DNA of 38,081 bases from Fibrobacteria bacterium (GTDB taxonomy: Bacteria > Fibrobacterota > Fibrobacteria > UBA11236), in the NCBI GenBank assembly GCA_043732185.1, contig JAYTHY010000038.1, forward strand, positions 1 through 38,081, written 5' to 3'. The translations under genes and the position numbers were made by a program. The notes beneath the pieces are model-generated. The model searched no databases. It saw only the letters and a program-made list of their open reading frames with translations, and was not told the DNA's origin. Within the stretch, counting starts at the first letter, position 1. Every line of letters begins with the position of its first letter. Positions 1 through 9,332 of the stretch are shown here, in pieces.

Positions 1-89
1 GGTGGAAGTATTCCCCTATCCCAGCCAAATACCGAAGTCGCGAAAATTAAAGTGAACCCGATCTCAAACAGAAATCTTTTGATTTTCAT
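1..89 (-). CDS. Partial CDS (N-terminus only) of a secreted protein, running off the window edge
   Basis: ATG at 89 reads MKIKRFLFEIGFTLIFATSVFGWDRGILP..., a signal-peptide-like sequence; open to the window end. Confidence 0.6.
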   Translation of the reverse strand, partial: MKIKRFLFEIGFTLIFATSVFGWDRGILP

Positions 90-264
90 GTGTTCTGATT
101 CCCGTGTTTTTTAACGAAAATGACAATAAGTAAATCGAAGTCGATTTCCAATCCTTGGTGCCAACGGAGCCAAAATTTTGCGATTTACCTGATTGGCATT
201 AAGTCAGGCTTGATTTGAACAGCTGCCTGGCTAGTCACCCATATTCTGGGCGTAGATAAGAAGT

Positions 265-292
265 ACGTTCCATTTGTGAACAAACAGAACGT
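265..292 (-). terminator. Putative terminator hairpin downstream of the C1 peptidase
   Basis: Minus strand ACGTTCTGTTTG-TTCA-CAAATGGAACGT forms a 12-bp stem with two G:U pairs, followed by ACTTCTT; weak U-tract. Confidence 0.35.
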
Positions 293-320
293 CTAAGTTT
301 GCGTATCGACTTGGTATCGC

Positions 321-2057
321 CTATTTTACGAATTTGAAATTTCCGTAGGCGGATTTGATAATATAAATGCCGCTGGATAGACCGGTGATATCCAAACTTC
401 TCACACCGGGACCGAGCTGCTGTACTTTATTTCCCCGCGTATCGAAAAGCTGGTAAGAAACAGTGTTGTCCGGCAAGGTCAAGTGGTTGGCAGAAAGATG
501 GAAGGAACGGAATGCATTCGGCTCCAACCCACCGGATGCATGGGTGACACCCGTTGCAGCTCGGATGATCGGAAAATATAAGGTAGAGCTATCCGCAAGG
601 GTGACACCTGTTTTTTCATACGCAGTTTCCTTTGCAGTGCCTGACGTGTAATCCATCAAGCTCAGGCGATCGAGCACGCCGGCGCTTTTTTTGGTCTTTA
701 CGACCAACCAGAATTTGGCAACGGCATTAGGATTGAATTGTGGAAATCGGGAAAGGTCAAGACCTATTTCAAGGCTCGAACTTAGGCCGGCACCCTGAGC
801 GGGTAAATCGCCGCCCGAATAATTAAAGGCCGGATAAAAGTCATAGGTTTTTTCCGGAACGGTGGCATTGGCATTGCCCGAAATTCCAACTTGCAAGTAG
901 AACTGATTTCGGTGTTCACTGGTCAGGTTCACCTTAAAAGCTACCGTCGCCACACCCTCGCTTGCCATCACACCTTTTACAATATGCCCCCACAATCCTC
1001 TTTCCATGGTAGTGTCCGGCAAAACAATCGGCGTTTCACCCATGACTCGGTACAGCATGAAGCTATGACCAGCATTTGCCCAGCTTGTGCCCCAGGTATT
1101 GATAATGTGAAATGCACCGATTTCCCAATCGCTTATGTCGATCTTTCCATCTCCATTTATGTCCTTGTCGTTGGTGTACTTGCCATCGCCATTCACATCG
1201 AAGCGAAGACTGTCATCATACCCCACGATCGTCATGGAATGGGGACCCTCGTCGCCTAATTTTGTAATAATGTTTTTAAAGGCATTGCCCCAGCCAAACG
1301 GGGTTTTTTTCATGTCGACATTTAGGATGTATTCATCGAAATTAAGGATGCCTCCAAAGCGGCTGCCGTTGTTGTGATCGTATAACCAGCCTTTGATCAA
1401 GGGCAAATCTTCAGGTGTCTGAGCCGGCAACCTGAAATAATCCAAAGCGCGATTTTGAAATGTCGCCAAATATTTATCATAGCCCGTCATCCATTGTGTC
1501 GCATTCATATTCCGGAAAAGACCGCCATAGGTTTTCAACTTGGGAATGCCTAAATTTTTAGCCAACTCATAGGTATTGTGATTCCAGGCGCCCTTATCCT
1601 GATCCCCTTGATTGGTAAAATGCCACACCCAATTATACGCGTATTGATTTTCTGGTAAGCTGCCATCCAATCCGCCGCGCAAGCAGTTTGCCTCATAGGT
1701 GTACACGTAACCGGTACCGCTTGCGGCACCGCAACTGCCCTGCCATTGTTCAAAAATAGGGACTAACATTTTTTGTTTGGAATTGTCGACGCTTGCTGGC
1801 AACACTCTTTGCGGCAGAACCATGGACTGCGCCTGGAAGCGAGCCTCTATAAGCTGGGCTTTGTATACTTGTGGCGATTGAGGCTCTGCGCCACCTGCAA
1901 TCCAAGGTGTGCCGACAGGATTTGGATTGGCATTGATTAAACCAGTAGGGAGGCCTTTGGCATTGAGTATAGCCCGACCCGCGTGGGCGGGTTGAATTAA
2001 AAATGAAATGCCGACGAACATCAACACCGCAGATATTTTAATCAAAGTAAACCCCAT
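321..2057 (-). CDS. Secreted papain-like (C1 family) cysteine peptidase with T9SS-like C-terminal sorting domain
   Basis: Catalytic motifs QWQGSCG (Cys), GPHSMTIVGY (His), IINTWG (Asn); signal peptide ending AHA; tail YQLFDTRG...LSSGIYII...FKFVK; EF-hand-like DVNGDGK/DINGDGKID repeats. Start placed at ATG 2057. Confidence 0.85.
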   Translation of the reverse strand: MGFTLIKISAVLMFVGISFLIQPAHAGRAILNAKGLPTGLINANPNPVGTPWIAGGAEPQSPQVYKAQLIEARFQAQSMVLPQRVLPASVDNSKQKMLVPIFEQWQGSCGAASGTGYVYTYEANCLRGGLDGSLPENQYAYNWVWHFTNQGDQDKGAWNHNTYELAKNLGIPKLKTYGGLFRNMNATQWMTGYDKYLATFQNRALDYFRLPAQTPEDLPLIKGWLYDHNNGSRFGGILNFDEYILNVDMKKTPFGWGNAFKNIITKLGDEGPHSMTIVGYDDSLRFDVNGDGKYTNDKDINGDGKIDISDWEIGAFHIINTWGTSWANAGHSFMLYRVMGETPIVLPDTTMERGLWGHIVKGVMASEGVATVAFKVNLTSEHRNQFYLQVGISGNANATVPEKTYDFYPAFNYSGGDLPAQGAGLSSSLEIGLDLSRFPQFNPNAVAKFWLVVKTKKSAGVLDRLSLMDYTSGTAKETAYEKTGVTLADSSTLYFPIIRAATGVTHASGGLEPNAFRSFHLSANHLTLPDNTVSYQLFDTRGNKVQQLGPGVRSLDITGLSSGIYIIKSAYGNFKFVK

Positions 2058-2456
2058 AATTTTCAAATCATTTTTCGGTTGTAGCAGAAACGGGCTGCTC
2101 AAATAAGTGTAAAAGAGTTAACAAAGTTATTTAACCCTTTCAATCCCACATGGACGGCCAAGCTTTCGATACTTGGCGCCCTCACGGGAGGAAGGCGGGC
2201 CGCTTCAATATTTCGAGTCAAATTTTGTTCTAGATGTTCATTTGCCCTCCAACAGACCAAAGTTCCCAATCTTTCTTTTTCTTTGGCTGCGTACTTTTCC
2301 ACAAAAGGGCTGATTTAGTTGACAAAAAATGCATTTTCAGTTCTTATTTGCTCGGCTTTAATAGAATACTTAGACTATTCGGACCAAGCCCCGTAAGCCG
2401 GTAGAATCACTTACGCATTACACCAACGCCTTCTTGGCGCATCGCAGAGCTGTTTC

Positions 2457-4265
2457 ATGAAAAGTTCCCATATTAGAAACGTCGCCATTATCGCCCACGT
2501 CGATCACGGCAAAACCACTTTGGTCGATGGCCTCCTGCGCCAAAGCGGCGTTTTTCGCGAAGGGTCCGTGCTCACGGAACGCGTGATGGATTCCGATGAC
2601 CAGGAAAAGGAACGTGGGATTACCATTCTTTCCAAGAATGCCTCCGTGGCTTATAAGGATTACCTGATTAACATCGTTGATACTCCCGGTCACGCCGATT
2701 TTGGTGGCCAGGTTGAGCGTGTGCTTGGAACCGTGGACGGCGCCTTGCTGATTGTTGATGCCTACGAAGGGCCAATGGCGCAAACGCGTTTTGTCACCAA
2801 AAAGGCATTGGAAATGGGGCTTACTCTAGCCGTGGTCATCAACAAGATCGACCGTGCCGGCAGTGAACCCCACAAGGCATTGGACAAAGTTTTTGATCTG
2901 TTCGCGGAACTGGGCGCCAGCCATGAGCAGCTCGATTTCGGCCATATTTTTGCCGCTGGCCGAAACGGCACGTGCCGGCGTGAGATGACTGATCCAGATT
3001 CCAACCTGATGCCTTTGTTCGAATTGATCGTAAACAGGATTCCACCGCCAACCATTGGCGAATCGCCCAATCCTCTTTTGCAAATCACCAGCCTGGACTA
3101 TCAAGAGTTTCTCGGTCGCATGGCTGTAGGTCGATTGCGTCAAGGTTCGCTTAAAGTGAATCAGACCATCACGCATCTGAACGAGGCCGGTCAGGCTAAA
3201 AAAGTTCGCGTCACAAAAATTCTATTCCCGGAAGGCGTAAAGCTTAAGGAAATCGAAACCGCCATTGCAGGCCAAATTGTCGCCCTATGCGGCATTCCAG
3301 ATTTCACCCTGGGTGATACGTTATCCGGCGAAGAGCCCCCAGTGGCCCTGCCCCGCATCAAAGTGGATCCACCCACCATTTCCATGCGCTTCTCCATCAA
3401 TGATTCGCCATTCTGCGGCAAAGATGGTGGCCGTTTCCTGACCTCCAACCACTTGGCCGAGCGTCTGGAACGCGAAGCCGTTGCAGACGTTGCCCTTAAG
3501 GTTGTCAAGGCCGATGAAGCTGGAGCATTTATTGTCAATGGTCGTGGCGTGTTACACCTTTCCGTACTCATCGAAAAAATGCGCCGAGAAGGCTATGAGT
3601 TTGGAGTCGGTCGACCCAAGGTTATTACCATTGAAGAAGACGGTGTTGAAATGGAACCGGTGGAAACGATCACCATCGACGTTCCTGAAACTTCATCCGG
3701 CGTCGTCATCGATGAAATCAACAAGCGCAAGGGCAGCATGGTAGACATGCAATTAGATGGTACGCAAGTGCGTCTCATTTATGATCTGCCTGCCCGCGGT
3801 CTCATTGGTTTGCGTTCCAGATTGCTTTCGTTGAGCAAGGGCTACGCTGTATTCCAACAAATTTTTAAAGGTTACGAGCCCATGAAGGGCAATATTGAAC
3901 AAAGGCCCACTGGCGCACTTATCGCCAAAGATAGAGGCGCCTCGGTTGCCTATGCCCTCTGGAAACTAGAAGAGCGTGGCACCATGTTTATCGGCGCAGG
4001 GGTGGATGTTTATCCTGGCATGATCGTAGGCGAGCATTCCCGTGGCGATGATCTTGTCATCAATGTCAACAAGGGCAAGCAGCTCACCAATATGCGCACT
4101 ACGTCTTCTGATGAGGCGACCACTTTGACGCCCCATCGCCAAATGTCCTTGGAAGAAGACCTGGAATTCATCAATGATGATGAAGCTTTGGAAATCACTC
4201 CAAAAAATGTCCGGATACGCAAGCTGTTACTTGAAGAGAACCAAAGAAAACGTGGTGCCAAATAG
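2457..4265 (+). CDS. typA: Translational GTPase TypA/BipA
   Basis: [56 protein letters not shown]-terminal KQLTNMR...[12 protein letters not shown]. Confidence 0.98.
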   Translation: MKSSHIRNVAIIAHVDHGKTTLVDGLLRQSGVFREGSVLTERVMDSDDQEKERGITILSKNASVAYKDYLINIVDTPGHADFGGQVERVLGTVDGALLIVDAYEGPMAQTRFVTKKALEMGLTLAVVINKIDRAGSEPHKALDKVFDLFAELGASHEQLDFGHIFAAGRNGTCRREMTDPDSNLMPLFELIVNRIPPPTIGESPNPLLQITSLDYQEFLGRMAVGRLRQGSLKVNQTITHLNEAGQAKKVRVTKILFPEGVKLKEIETAIAGQIVALCGIPDFTLGDTLSGEEPPVALPRIKVDPPTISMRFSINDSPFCGKDGGRFLTSNHLAERLEREAVADVALKVVKADEAGAFIVNGRGVLHLSVLIEKMRREGYEFGVGRPKVITIEEDGVEMEPVETITIDVPETSSGVVIDEINKRKGSMVDMQLDGTQVRLIYDLPARGLIGLRSRLLSLSKGYAVFQQIFKGYEPMKGNIEQRPTGALIAKDRGASVAYALWKLEERGTMFIGAGVDVYPGMIVGEHSRGDDLVINVNKGKQLTNMRTTSSDEATTLTPHRQMSLEEDLEFINDDEALEITPKNVRIRKLLLEENQRKRGAK

Positions 4266-4318
4266 CGTCTTAGGCGGCAATCTACCCTCGCTTGCCCATA
4301 CCTGCCTGGCTATACCGA

Positions 4319-4337
4319 TGTTATACTCGGTATTATG
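4319..4337 (+). promoter_or_regulatory. Extended -10 promoter abutting the start codon (leaderless-type)
   Basis: TG-t-TATACT-7 nt-ATG(4335); no Shine-Dalgarno. Confidence 0.45.
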
Positions 4338-5543
4338 CTATTTTTGAGCCATGCAGGTATTATGCGTTTGATCCGGTTTGGGCTTTATTGTCTCATCCTA
4401 GCTTTGCCGCTCCAAAGCCCGGCTGAACCCGCCACGGATAGCCCCGTTGCCCCAAAAAATCAAAAGATTTGGGTACAAGTTGAGGAAACGGTTGTTCCCT
4501 TGCGCCGGGATATCAGCCGCAATGGGGACATAGTAGGCTTTGCCCGCAAGGGCCAGGTTTTGGCGGTAGAAAAATCAACGGAACATTGGGTCAAAGTTCG
4601 GGCCAATGACACCTTGGTCGGCTGGGTTGCAGCCACATCCGTTTCCGCTTCGGGACCGGCAGTGGTCTGGGATCCGGAAACCGTAAAAACCACATTTCTA
4701 ATTTGTGCAGGATTGGGAATGTGTGTATTCCTGTATTTATTGGTCTCGCTGGAGCGCAAGCGCCGTCGAGAAAGCCAGGCCCGCGCTCGCCAAGGTATAG
4801 TCGATGCTAAGCGGCGATTGCAAAACCGGATTCATGTATTACTGCGTACGGAACCCCGTATTCCATCCCGCTTGGCGATGGACGAAGTGGATTTGATGGA
4901 ATACCTTCACAGCATAGGATATGTCGCCACATTGGAAAAAGATCCGGAAAATTTTTTAGCCTCCTGTAAAGCTTGTAAACCCAACCTAGTTCTCACCGGA
5001 TTCGAATTTCAGTCCATTGTAGAAGCGGCCATGAAAACGGAAGTGGTGCTCATCAATACACCCGTTGTCTACCTGCAATGCGAATCTATTCCCGTGAGTC
5101 CAAAAAACCGCATTCGAGCCTATCTAGAAAAACACGCCACCGACAAGGAGCTGGGAGATGCCATTGCCCTTTGTCTCAAGAAGTCGCCGGATAAAATTCT
5201 CCATTCTGTAAAGCAAACCGCTCTTAAAGGCGCAATCTATTCCGAAACCTTAATCGAACTATTTCATTTTATTGCCTCGGTAAAAAAGACCGGACGATTG
5301 TTGGTGGTTTTAGGTTCCGAATCAAGTGAAGTTCATTTTTTACTGGGAAATATTACTAAAGCCAAAAGTAAAACTTTGACTGGGACCAAGGCCGTGGAAG
5401 CCGTTTTGGATAGGGTCTCCGGCACTTTCGAGTTCCATGAAAAGGAACCGGTTGCGGATGGCAATGCCGGACTGAATACGGAAAGAATACTTATGGATTG
5501 GGCCAGGAATAGGGATGAGAGCAAGCACTATCCTCGGACTTGA
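4335..5543 (+). CDS. Membrane protein: signal peptide, SH3b domain, TM helix, degenerate receiver-like domain, DUF4388/PATAN-like C-terminal domain
   Basis: WVKVRANDTLVGWVAA (SH3b); hydrophobic TFLICAGLGMCVFLYLLV; KPNLVLT...NTPVVYL receiver-like; LKGAI...ELFHFIASVKKTGRLLV...GTFEF...LMDWAR typical of DUF4388. Confidence 0.7.
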   Translation: MLFLSHAGIMRLIRFGLYCLILALPLQSPAEPATDSPVAPKNQKIWVQVEETVVPLRRDISRNGDIVGFARKGQVLAVEKSTEHWVKVRANDTLVGWVAATSVSASGPAVVWDPETVKTTFLICAGLGMCVFLYLLVSLERKRRRESQARARQGIVDAKRRLQNRIHVLLRTEPRIPSRLAMDEVDLMEYLHSIGYVATLEKDPENFLASCKACKPNLVLTGFEFQSIVEAAMKTEVVLINTPVVYLQCESIPVSPKNRIRAYLEKHATDKELGDAIALCLKKSPDKILHSVKQTALKGAIYSETLIELFHFIASVKKTGRLLVVLGSESSEVHFLLGNITKAKSKTLTGTKAVEAVLDRVSGTFEFHEKEPVADGNAGLNTERILMDWARNRDESKHYPRT

Positions 5544-5958
5544 TTTTGGCGAACGGCGCATTGGAGTGGCGATTTCCGACACTGGAAAGTCACTGGCCAC
5601 GGGCCTTACGACCTTGGACTGCCGCCGCGATCCCAACTTTTTGGAGGCCTTGGGTGATATTATCCGGGACGAGGGCGTGGAAGCGATAGTGGTAGGCTAT
5701 CCCTTGCGCACGGATGGAAAAATAGTGCCAGGAGGCAAGACCGAGGCCGTGGACGCCTTCATTGCCAAACTGGAAGCTAAGTTTGATTTGCCCGTCCACC
5801 GGGAAGACGAAAGTTTTACCAGTCAAATGGCGGCGCAAAGCTTAAAGTCCCGATCGAAAAAGAAACGTGGAAGACGGGAAGATAAAAGTGCCATCGACCG
5901 AGTAGCGGCTTGCTATATCCTGCAAGACTTTTTGGACAATGGAATTGGAATCCGCTGA
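5515..5958 (+). CDS. ruvX: Holliday-junction resolvase-like / pre-16S rRNA nuclease RuvX (YqgF)
   Basis: ILGLDFGERRIGVAISD, VVGYPL, DESFTS, IDRVAACYILQDFLD. Confidence 0.95.
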   Translation: MRASTILGLDFGERRIGVAISDTGKSLATGLTTLDCRRDPNFLEALGDIIRDEGVEAIVVGYPLRTDGKIVPGGKTEAVDAFIAKLEAKFDLPVHREDESFTSQMAAQSLKSRSKKKRGRREDKSAIDRVAACYILQDFLDNGIGIR

Positions 5959-6383
5959 TGCATATTTCTCCCTGCGCCTGGTATTGCTTTGAAGTAAAAA
6001 ACACGCCGAATTGGGACGTCCAAGACTTGCCGGATAAGACCACGGTTTCGGCCAAGGATAAATCCTGTAACATTGAATTGGTCGCGGCTCGAAAGGTCAA
6101 GAAAGCCGAAGACGTGGAAATCTCGGAATTTCACGAAGCCTATTTACGCGAACAAAAACTGCAGCCTTTGAAAACGGTGATGACGGAAAACCCATACAAA
6201 ATCATCACCATAGTGACGCGCAGCATTGGTCCCGATGAGCGGTATTGGATCGTCTGCCATGCCTTTTGGGCCAATTACTGTGCCTTCATTCGCTATCATG
6301 GCATGCGTCAGGAGAACATGGAAACCAAGGTTCAGGTGTTTTACGATATCGTCAATTCCCTGCAACCGCTTGCCATGGAATGA
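5958..6383 (+). CDS. Hypothetical protein, coupled to ruvX (possible PsbP/DcrB-like fold)
   Basis: ATG overlaps the ruvX stop (TGATG); 141 aa ending FYDIVNSLQPL; fold guess is weak. Confidence 0.65.
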   Translation: MHISPCAWYCFEVKNTPNWDVQDLPDKTTVSAKDKSCNIELVAARKVKKAEDVEISEFHEAYLREQKLQPLKTVMTENPYKIITIVTRSIGPDERYWIVCHAFWANYCAFIRYHGMRQENMETKVQVFYDIVNSLQPLAME

Positions 6384-6402
6384 TCACTTCCTGTTCCAAA
6401 AG

Positions 6403-7635
6403 TCAATGCCGATAGGTCGCAAGGTTTTTTTTCAGGAAATTAGCTTGTTGGGGAGACAAAGCCGTTTGAGTGAGCAAACCACAATCTACGGGATGCATCA
6501 GGTTTTTGAGATCACATACTAGTCCATTGCAAGAATTATCAGCCATCCGCAGGCAGTAGGGCGTGGTTCCCTTTTTGATCCAATCCGGTGCCGCGCTTTT
6601 TTTAATCAAAACCTGGTTCAAGTTGCAGACATCGGTATCCGTAAAGCCGTCTTCCGTATTCGAAAAGTCATCGTCTTGAAGCAAATCATGTTGAGTGGAT
6701 ACCGTATGCCTTAATCCGAAAAAATGCCCGAGCTCATGGGCAGTTGTAATAGCCAATCTGGGAATGGTAGTGTGCAAGGGATACGGATTGGCAAGGACTA
6801 CGCGGCTTTGGTTATCTTGGTCCAGATCAACAACTTCCCTGGGCGCAAATCCAAGTACTTCACCCACTAGGCCCGAGCCGGGATCGCCAATGGATATTGT
6901 GTCGACTAGGTAGATATGGGCGTTATTCATGACACGGGTGCCGGGAAGTGGAACATAGGTGTTGCTGAAAGGGAAAACCATTCTACTCTGGGTGGGCGCC
7001 ACAATTTCATACGTGCCCACTAGGACAATTCCATAGGGTGAATAAATGGGTGCCATGGCAGCAAATAGCTTGCGGGCAAAGTCCGCTTTAGAAATGGAAT
7101 CGGGAAGGTTCATAAGCTTGCGCACGAAAATCAGGCGCAAATGCAACGTATCCGCCCCAATGGCTGCAAAGGAAATCAAAGAGACGTGACCCAGACCTTT
7201 AATGGCTCCTAGACCATCGGGAACCACCATTTGCGCCAAAAATAATTGGGCCGTATTCTGATCCGATACCAGCGGAAAGATTTCCTTCCCTGGCGCCAGC
7301 GTTGCGGCTAGGCTTTGGTATTGGCTTGCAGAGCCATTCTTAAAATAAAAGACCGTTAGGTGATCATTGCTTCTATCCGTATTAACCGAAAGCTGATAGG
7401 CTTTCCCAGGTTGCATAACGAATCTGATGCCCGTGCGAATCAGGGCCGGAGTCAAAGAGTCGGCACTGGCGCTGTCATTGACATAGGCGCGCCGGTCCCC
7501 ACCGCCGGAGCTGGCTGGGGGATCCAAAGTGAAGTTGCCGCATGCTGTTAAAATCCAAACTGCCAGCATGCTCAGTAAGTACTGGCCCCATCCAAAATGG
7601 GCAGGGGTTTTATTTGCTACGACTCCGCTATTCAT
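6403..7635 (-). CDS. Lipoprotein zinc metallopeptidase (metzincin, M43-like)
   Basis: Lipobox ILTAC; HELGHFFGLRH zinc motif (HExxHxxGxxH); Met-turn KNLMHP. Confidence 0.8.
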   Translation of the reverse strand: MNSGVVANKTPAHFGWGQYLLSMLAVWILTACGNFTLDPPASSGGGDRRAYVNDSASADSLTPALIRTGIRFVMQPGKAYQLSVNTDRSNDHLTVFYFKNGSASQYQSLAATLAPGKEIFPLVSDQNTAQLFLAQMVVPDGLGAIKGLGHVSLISFAAIGADTLHLRLIFVRKLMNLPDSISKADFARKLFAAMAPIYSPYGIVLVGTYEIVAPTQSRMVFPFSNTYVPLPGTRVMNNAHIYLVDTISIGDPGSGLVGEVLGFAPREVVDLDQDNQSRVVLANPYPLHTTIPRLAITTAHELGHFFGLRHTVSTQHDLLQDDDFSNTEDGFTDTDVCNLNQVLIKKSAAPDWIKKGTTPYCLRMADNSCNGLVCDLKNLMHPVDCGLLTQTALSPQQANFLKKNLATYRH

Positions 7636-8183
7636 GTTGGCATTTCCGGCATTGCGCCACGGAATTTACGAAGTTCCGATTTTAATTTCTGTCTGATACT
7701 CAACAAACTTTTCTGATATCTGCCATCATGAAAGTCGGAAAAGGTCCATGGTAATGGCTCAAAACGACCTTCTGTATATCTTAACACCATGTCTGCATAG
7801 ACGCCATCTCCAAGAAAAATTTTGTTTGGCCCCCGTTTGAAGGAAGCTAAAACAACCTTATCCGGGTCCATATAGCCTATGTCCAGATTGAAGATGCGTT
7901 TCCCATTCTGGGCCCAAGAGTGTTCCAGGCGGGCCGCTTTATGTTTGAGCATAGGCAACTTTTCTGGTCCGAAAGCACCTCGAAAAGCCACGAAACCCCT
8001 TTCCAGTAGGGTTCCAAACTCATCCTGATAATAGTCTGTACCTGCGAAAGGCCAGAACTGGCCTTTATAATCGATGGGTCCAAAGGACTCTTCCAGACCT
8101 TGCCATAAGCCCTCCCGAGGCTTCTCTACCGGCCTCAAAACGGCCATAATCCATTTACAATGACTGTCTGGTGGCGAAATCAT
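7632..8183 (-). CDS. DUF4416 family protein
   Basis: FGPID...TDYYQDEFG..L.RGFVAF...RIFNLDIGYM...VVLASFK...WTFSDF pattern; ATGA overlap with the downstream protease; start could be up to 8234. Confidence 0.8.
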   Translation of the reverse strand: MISPPDSHCKWIMAVLRPVEKPREGLWQGLEESFGPIDYKGQFWPFAGTDYYQDEFGTLLERGFVAFRGAFGPEKLPMLKHKAARLEHSWAQNGKRIFNLDIGYMDPDKVVLASFKRGPNKIFLGDGVYADMVLRYTEGRFEPLPWTFSDFHDGRYQKSLLSIRQKLKSELRKFRGAMPEMPT

Positions 8184-8273
8184 TCGGTATAAAAGGTAAC
8201 AAGGGGCCATCAACAATCTGTGCAGAAATGCCAAGCGAACTTTTAAAAAAGGGGTAGAATATGGATTACCCGT

Positions 8274-8672
8274 ATGCAGGCCCGCACTTTTTCACTGTTT
8301 CTAATCGGTCTTTTCTTTGGCTGTGGCAATCGCGCCATCGTCCGTGGGGGACTTACTGAGGTCGAGCGTCAGGATTATGTGGAACAGACGGGAGCCCTTA
8401 TACCACAACGACTTAAGGGGCCTTTCCTCGCGGGAAATGCAGCCGAAGGCATGACTAAAGAGATGATCATTTTTCTTTACGGCCAACCTAATCGTACGCA
8501 AAATAATCAGTACGGCATCAGGTGGAGCAACCCGACAATCGACACCTCCAGAATCTTGGATACGCGCGATTCCCTTTGGGATTATTTTTCCTCGGACAGC
8601 GGATCGGTCAAGTATGGCATGGCCTTTCACGAGGATACCCTGGTTCACTTAACCGGTATGGCAGCCCACTAA
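8274..8672 (+). CDS. Hypothetical lipoprotein (BamE/SmpA-like motif)
   Basis: Lipobox FFGC; GMTKEMIIFLYGQP resembles the SmpA/BamE GMTxxxVxxxLGxP motif. Confidence 0.6.
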   Translation: MQARTFSLFLIGLFFGCGNRAIVRGGLTEVERQDYVEQTGALIPQRLKGPFLAGNAAEGMTKEMIIFLYGQPNRTQNNQYGIRWSNPTIDTSRILDTRDSLWDYFSSDSGSVKYGMAFHEDTLVHLTGMAAH

Positions 8673-8813
8673 CAATCCCGCAAGCCCTCCGGGAAGCCCA
8701 CCCCATTGGGTCGGGAATGATTATTTAGTTGATGAAATCCATTTTTATTTTTACGTACAATAGTGTGCCGATGTATTTTTCGTGTTCATTCAACATCTAA
8801 TCAAGGACGTAAC

Positions 8814-9134
8814 ATGGCAGAGAAAAGCCTTACCCAAAGTCAAATCGTGGATCAACTTGCAACGACCAACGGACTCACCAAAGTCCAGGTTCGCGGATTC
8901 TTCGAAAGCCAAGCTGCGCTTGCTTACAAGAATGCTAAGAATGGCTTCACCCTTCCAGGCCTCGGCAAGATCGTACTCGTGAACCGCAAGGCTCGCATGG
9001 GTCGCAATCCCGCCACCGGCGAAGCCATCAAGATTCCCGCCAAGCGCGTTGTGAAATTCCGCGTAGCCAAGGCTGCTAAAGAAGCCATCGGTGGCGTCGT
9101 TGGCAAAAAGGCTCCTGCCAAGAAAAAGAAATAG
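8814..9134 (+). CDS. hup: HU family DNA-binding protein with Lys-rich tail
   Basis: FTLPGLGK...RKARMGRNPATGEAIKIPAKRVVKFR; SD AAGGA before ATG 8814. Confidence 0.95.
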   Translation: MAEKSLTQSQIVDQLATTNGLTKVQVRGFFESQAALAYKNAKNGFTLPGLGKIVLVNRKARMGRNPATGEAIKIPAKRVVKFRVAKAAKEAIGGVVGKKAPAKKKK

Positions 9135-9154
9135 ACTCCTCTCGAGAGTCACCG

Positions 9155-9182
9155 AGGACCGGCACTGCCGGTCCTTTTTTTT
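9155..9182 (+). terminator. Rho-independent terminator after HU
   Basis: AGGACCGGC-ACT-GCCGGTCCT followed by a T-run. Confidence 0.9.
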
Positions 9183-9227
9183 GCCCAATTTTTTTTACCC
9201 CATTTCGCCGCTCAGCATTCCTCACTG

Positions 9228-9262
9228 TCCGCTTACCTTCCGCCTTACATTCCGCCTTACCT
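9228..9262. repeat. Three degenerate 11-12 bp tandem repeats (TCCGC(C)TTAC(C/A)T)
   Basis: tccgcttacct / tccgccttacat / tccgccttacct between the HU terminator and comEC. Confidence 0.6.
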
Positions 9263-9332
9263 AAAACGCAACTGTTTATTAATGTGCTAGCCGTCACACG
9301 CATTCACAGCGTATGACATTATTTTTCGCGAT

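Noticed and set aside
148..164. TGGCAC...TTGG on the minus strand as a sigma-54 promoter
   Set aside because: Spacing is one base too long and the -12 GC is missing
2319..2350. TTGACA upstream of typA as a sigma-70 promoter
   Set aside because: No acceptable -10 at 16-18 nt spacing
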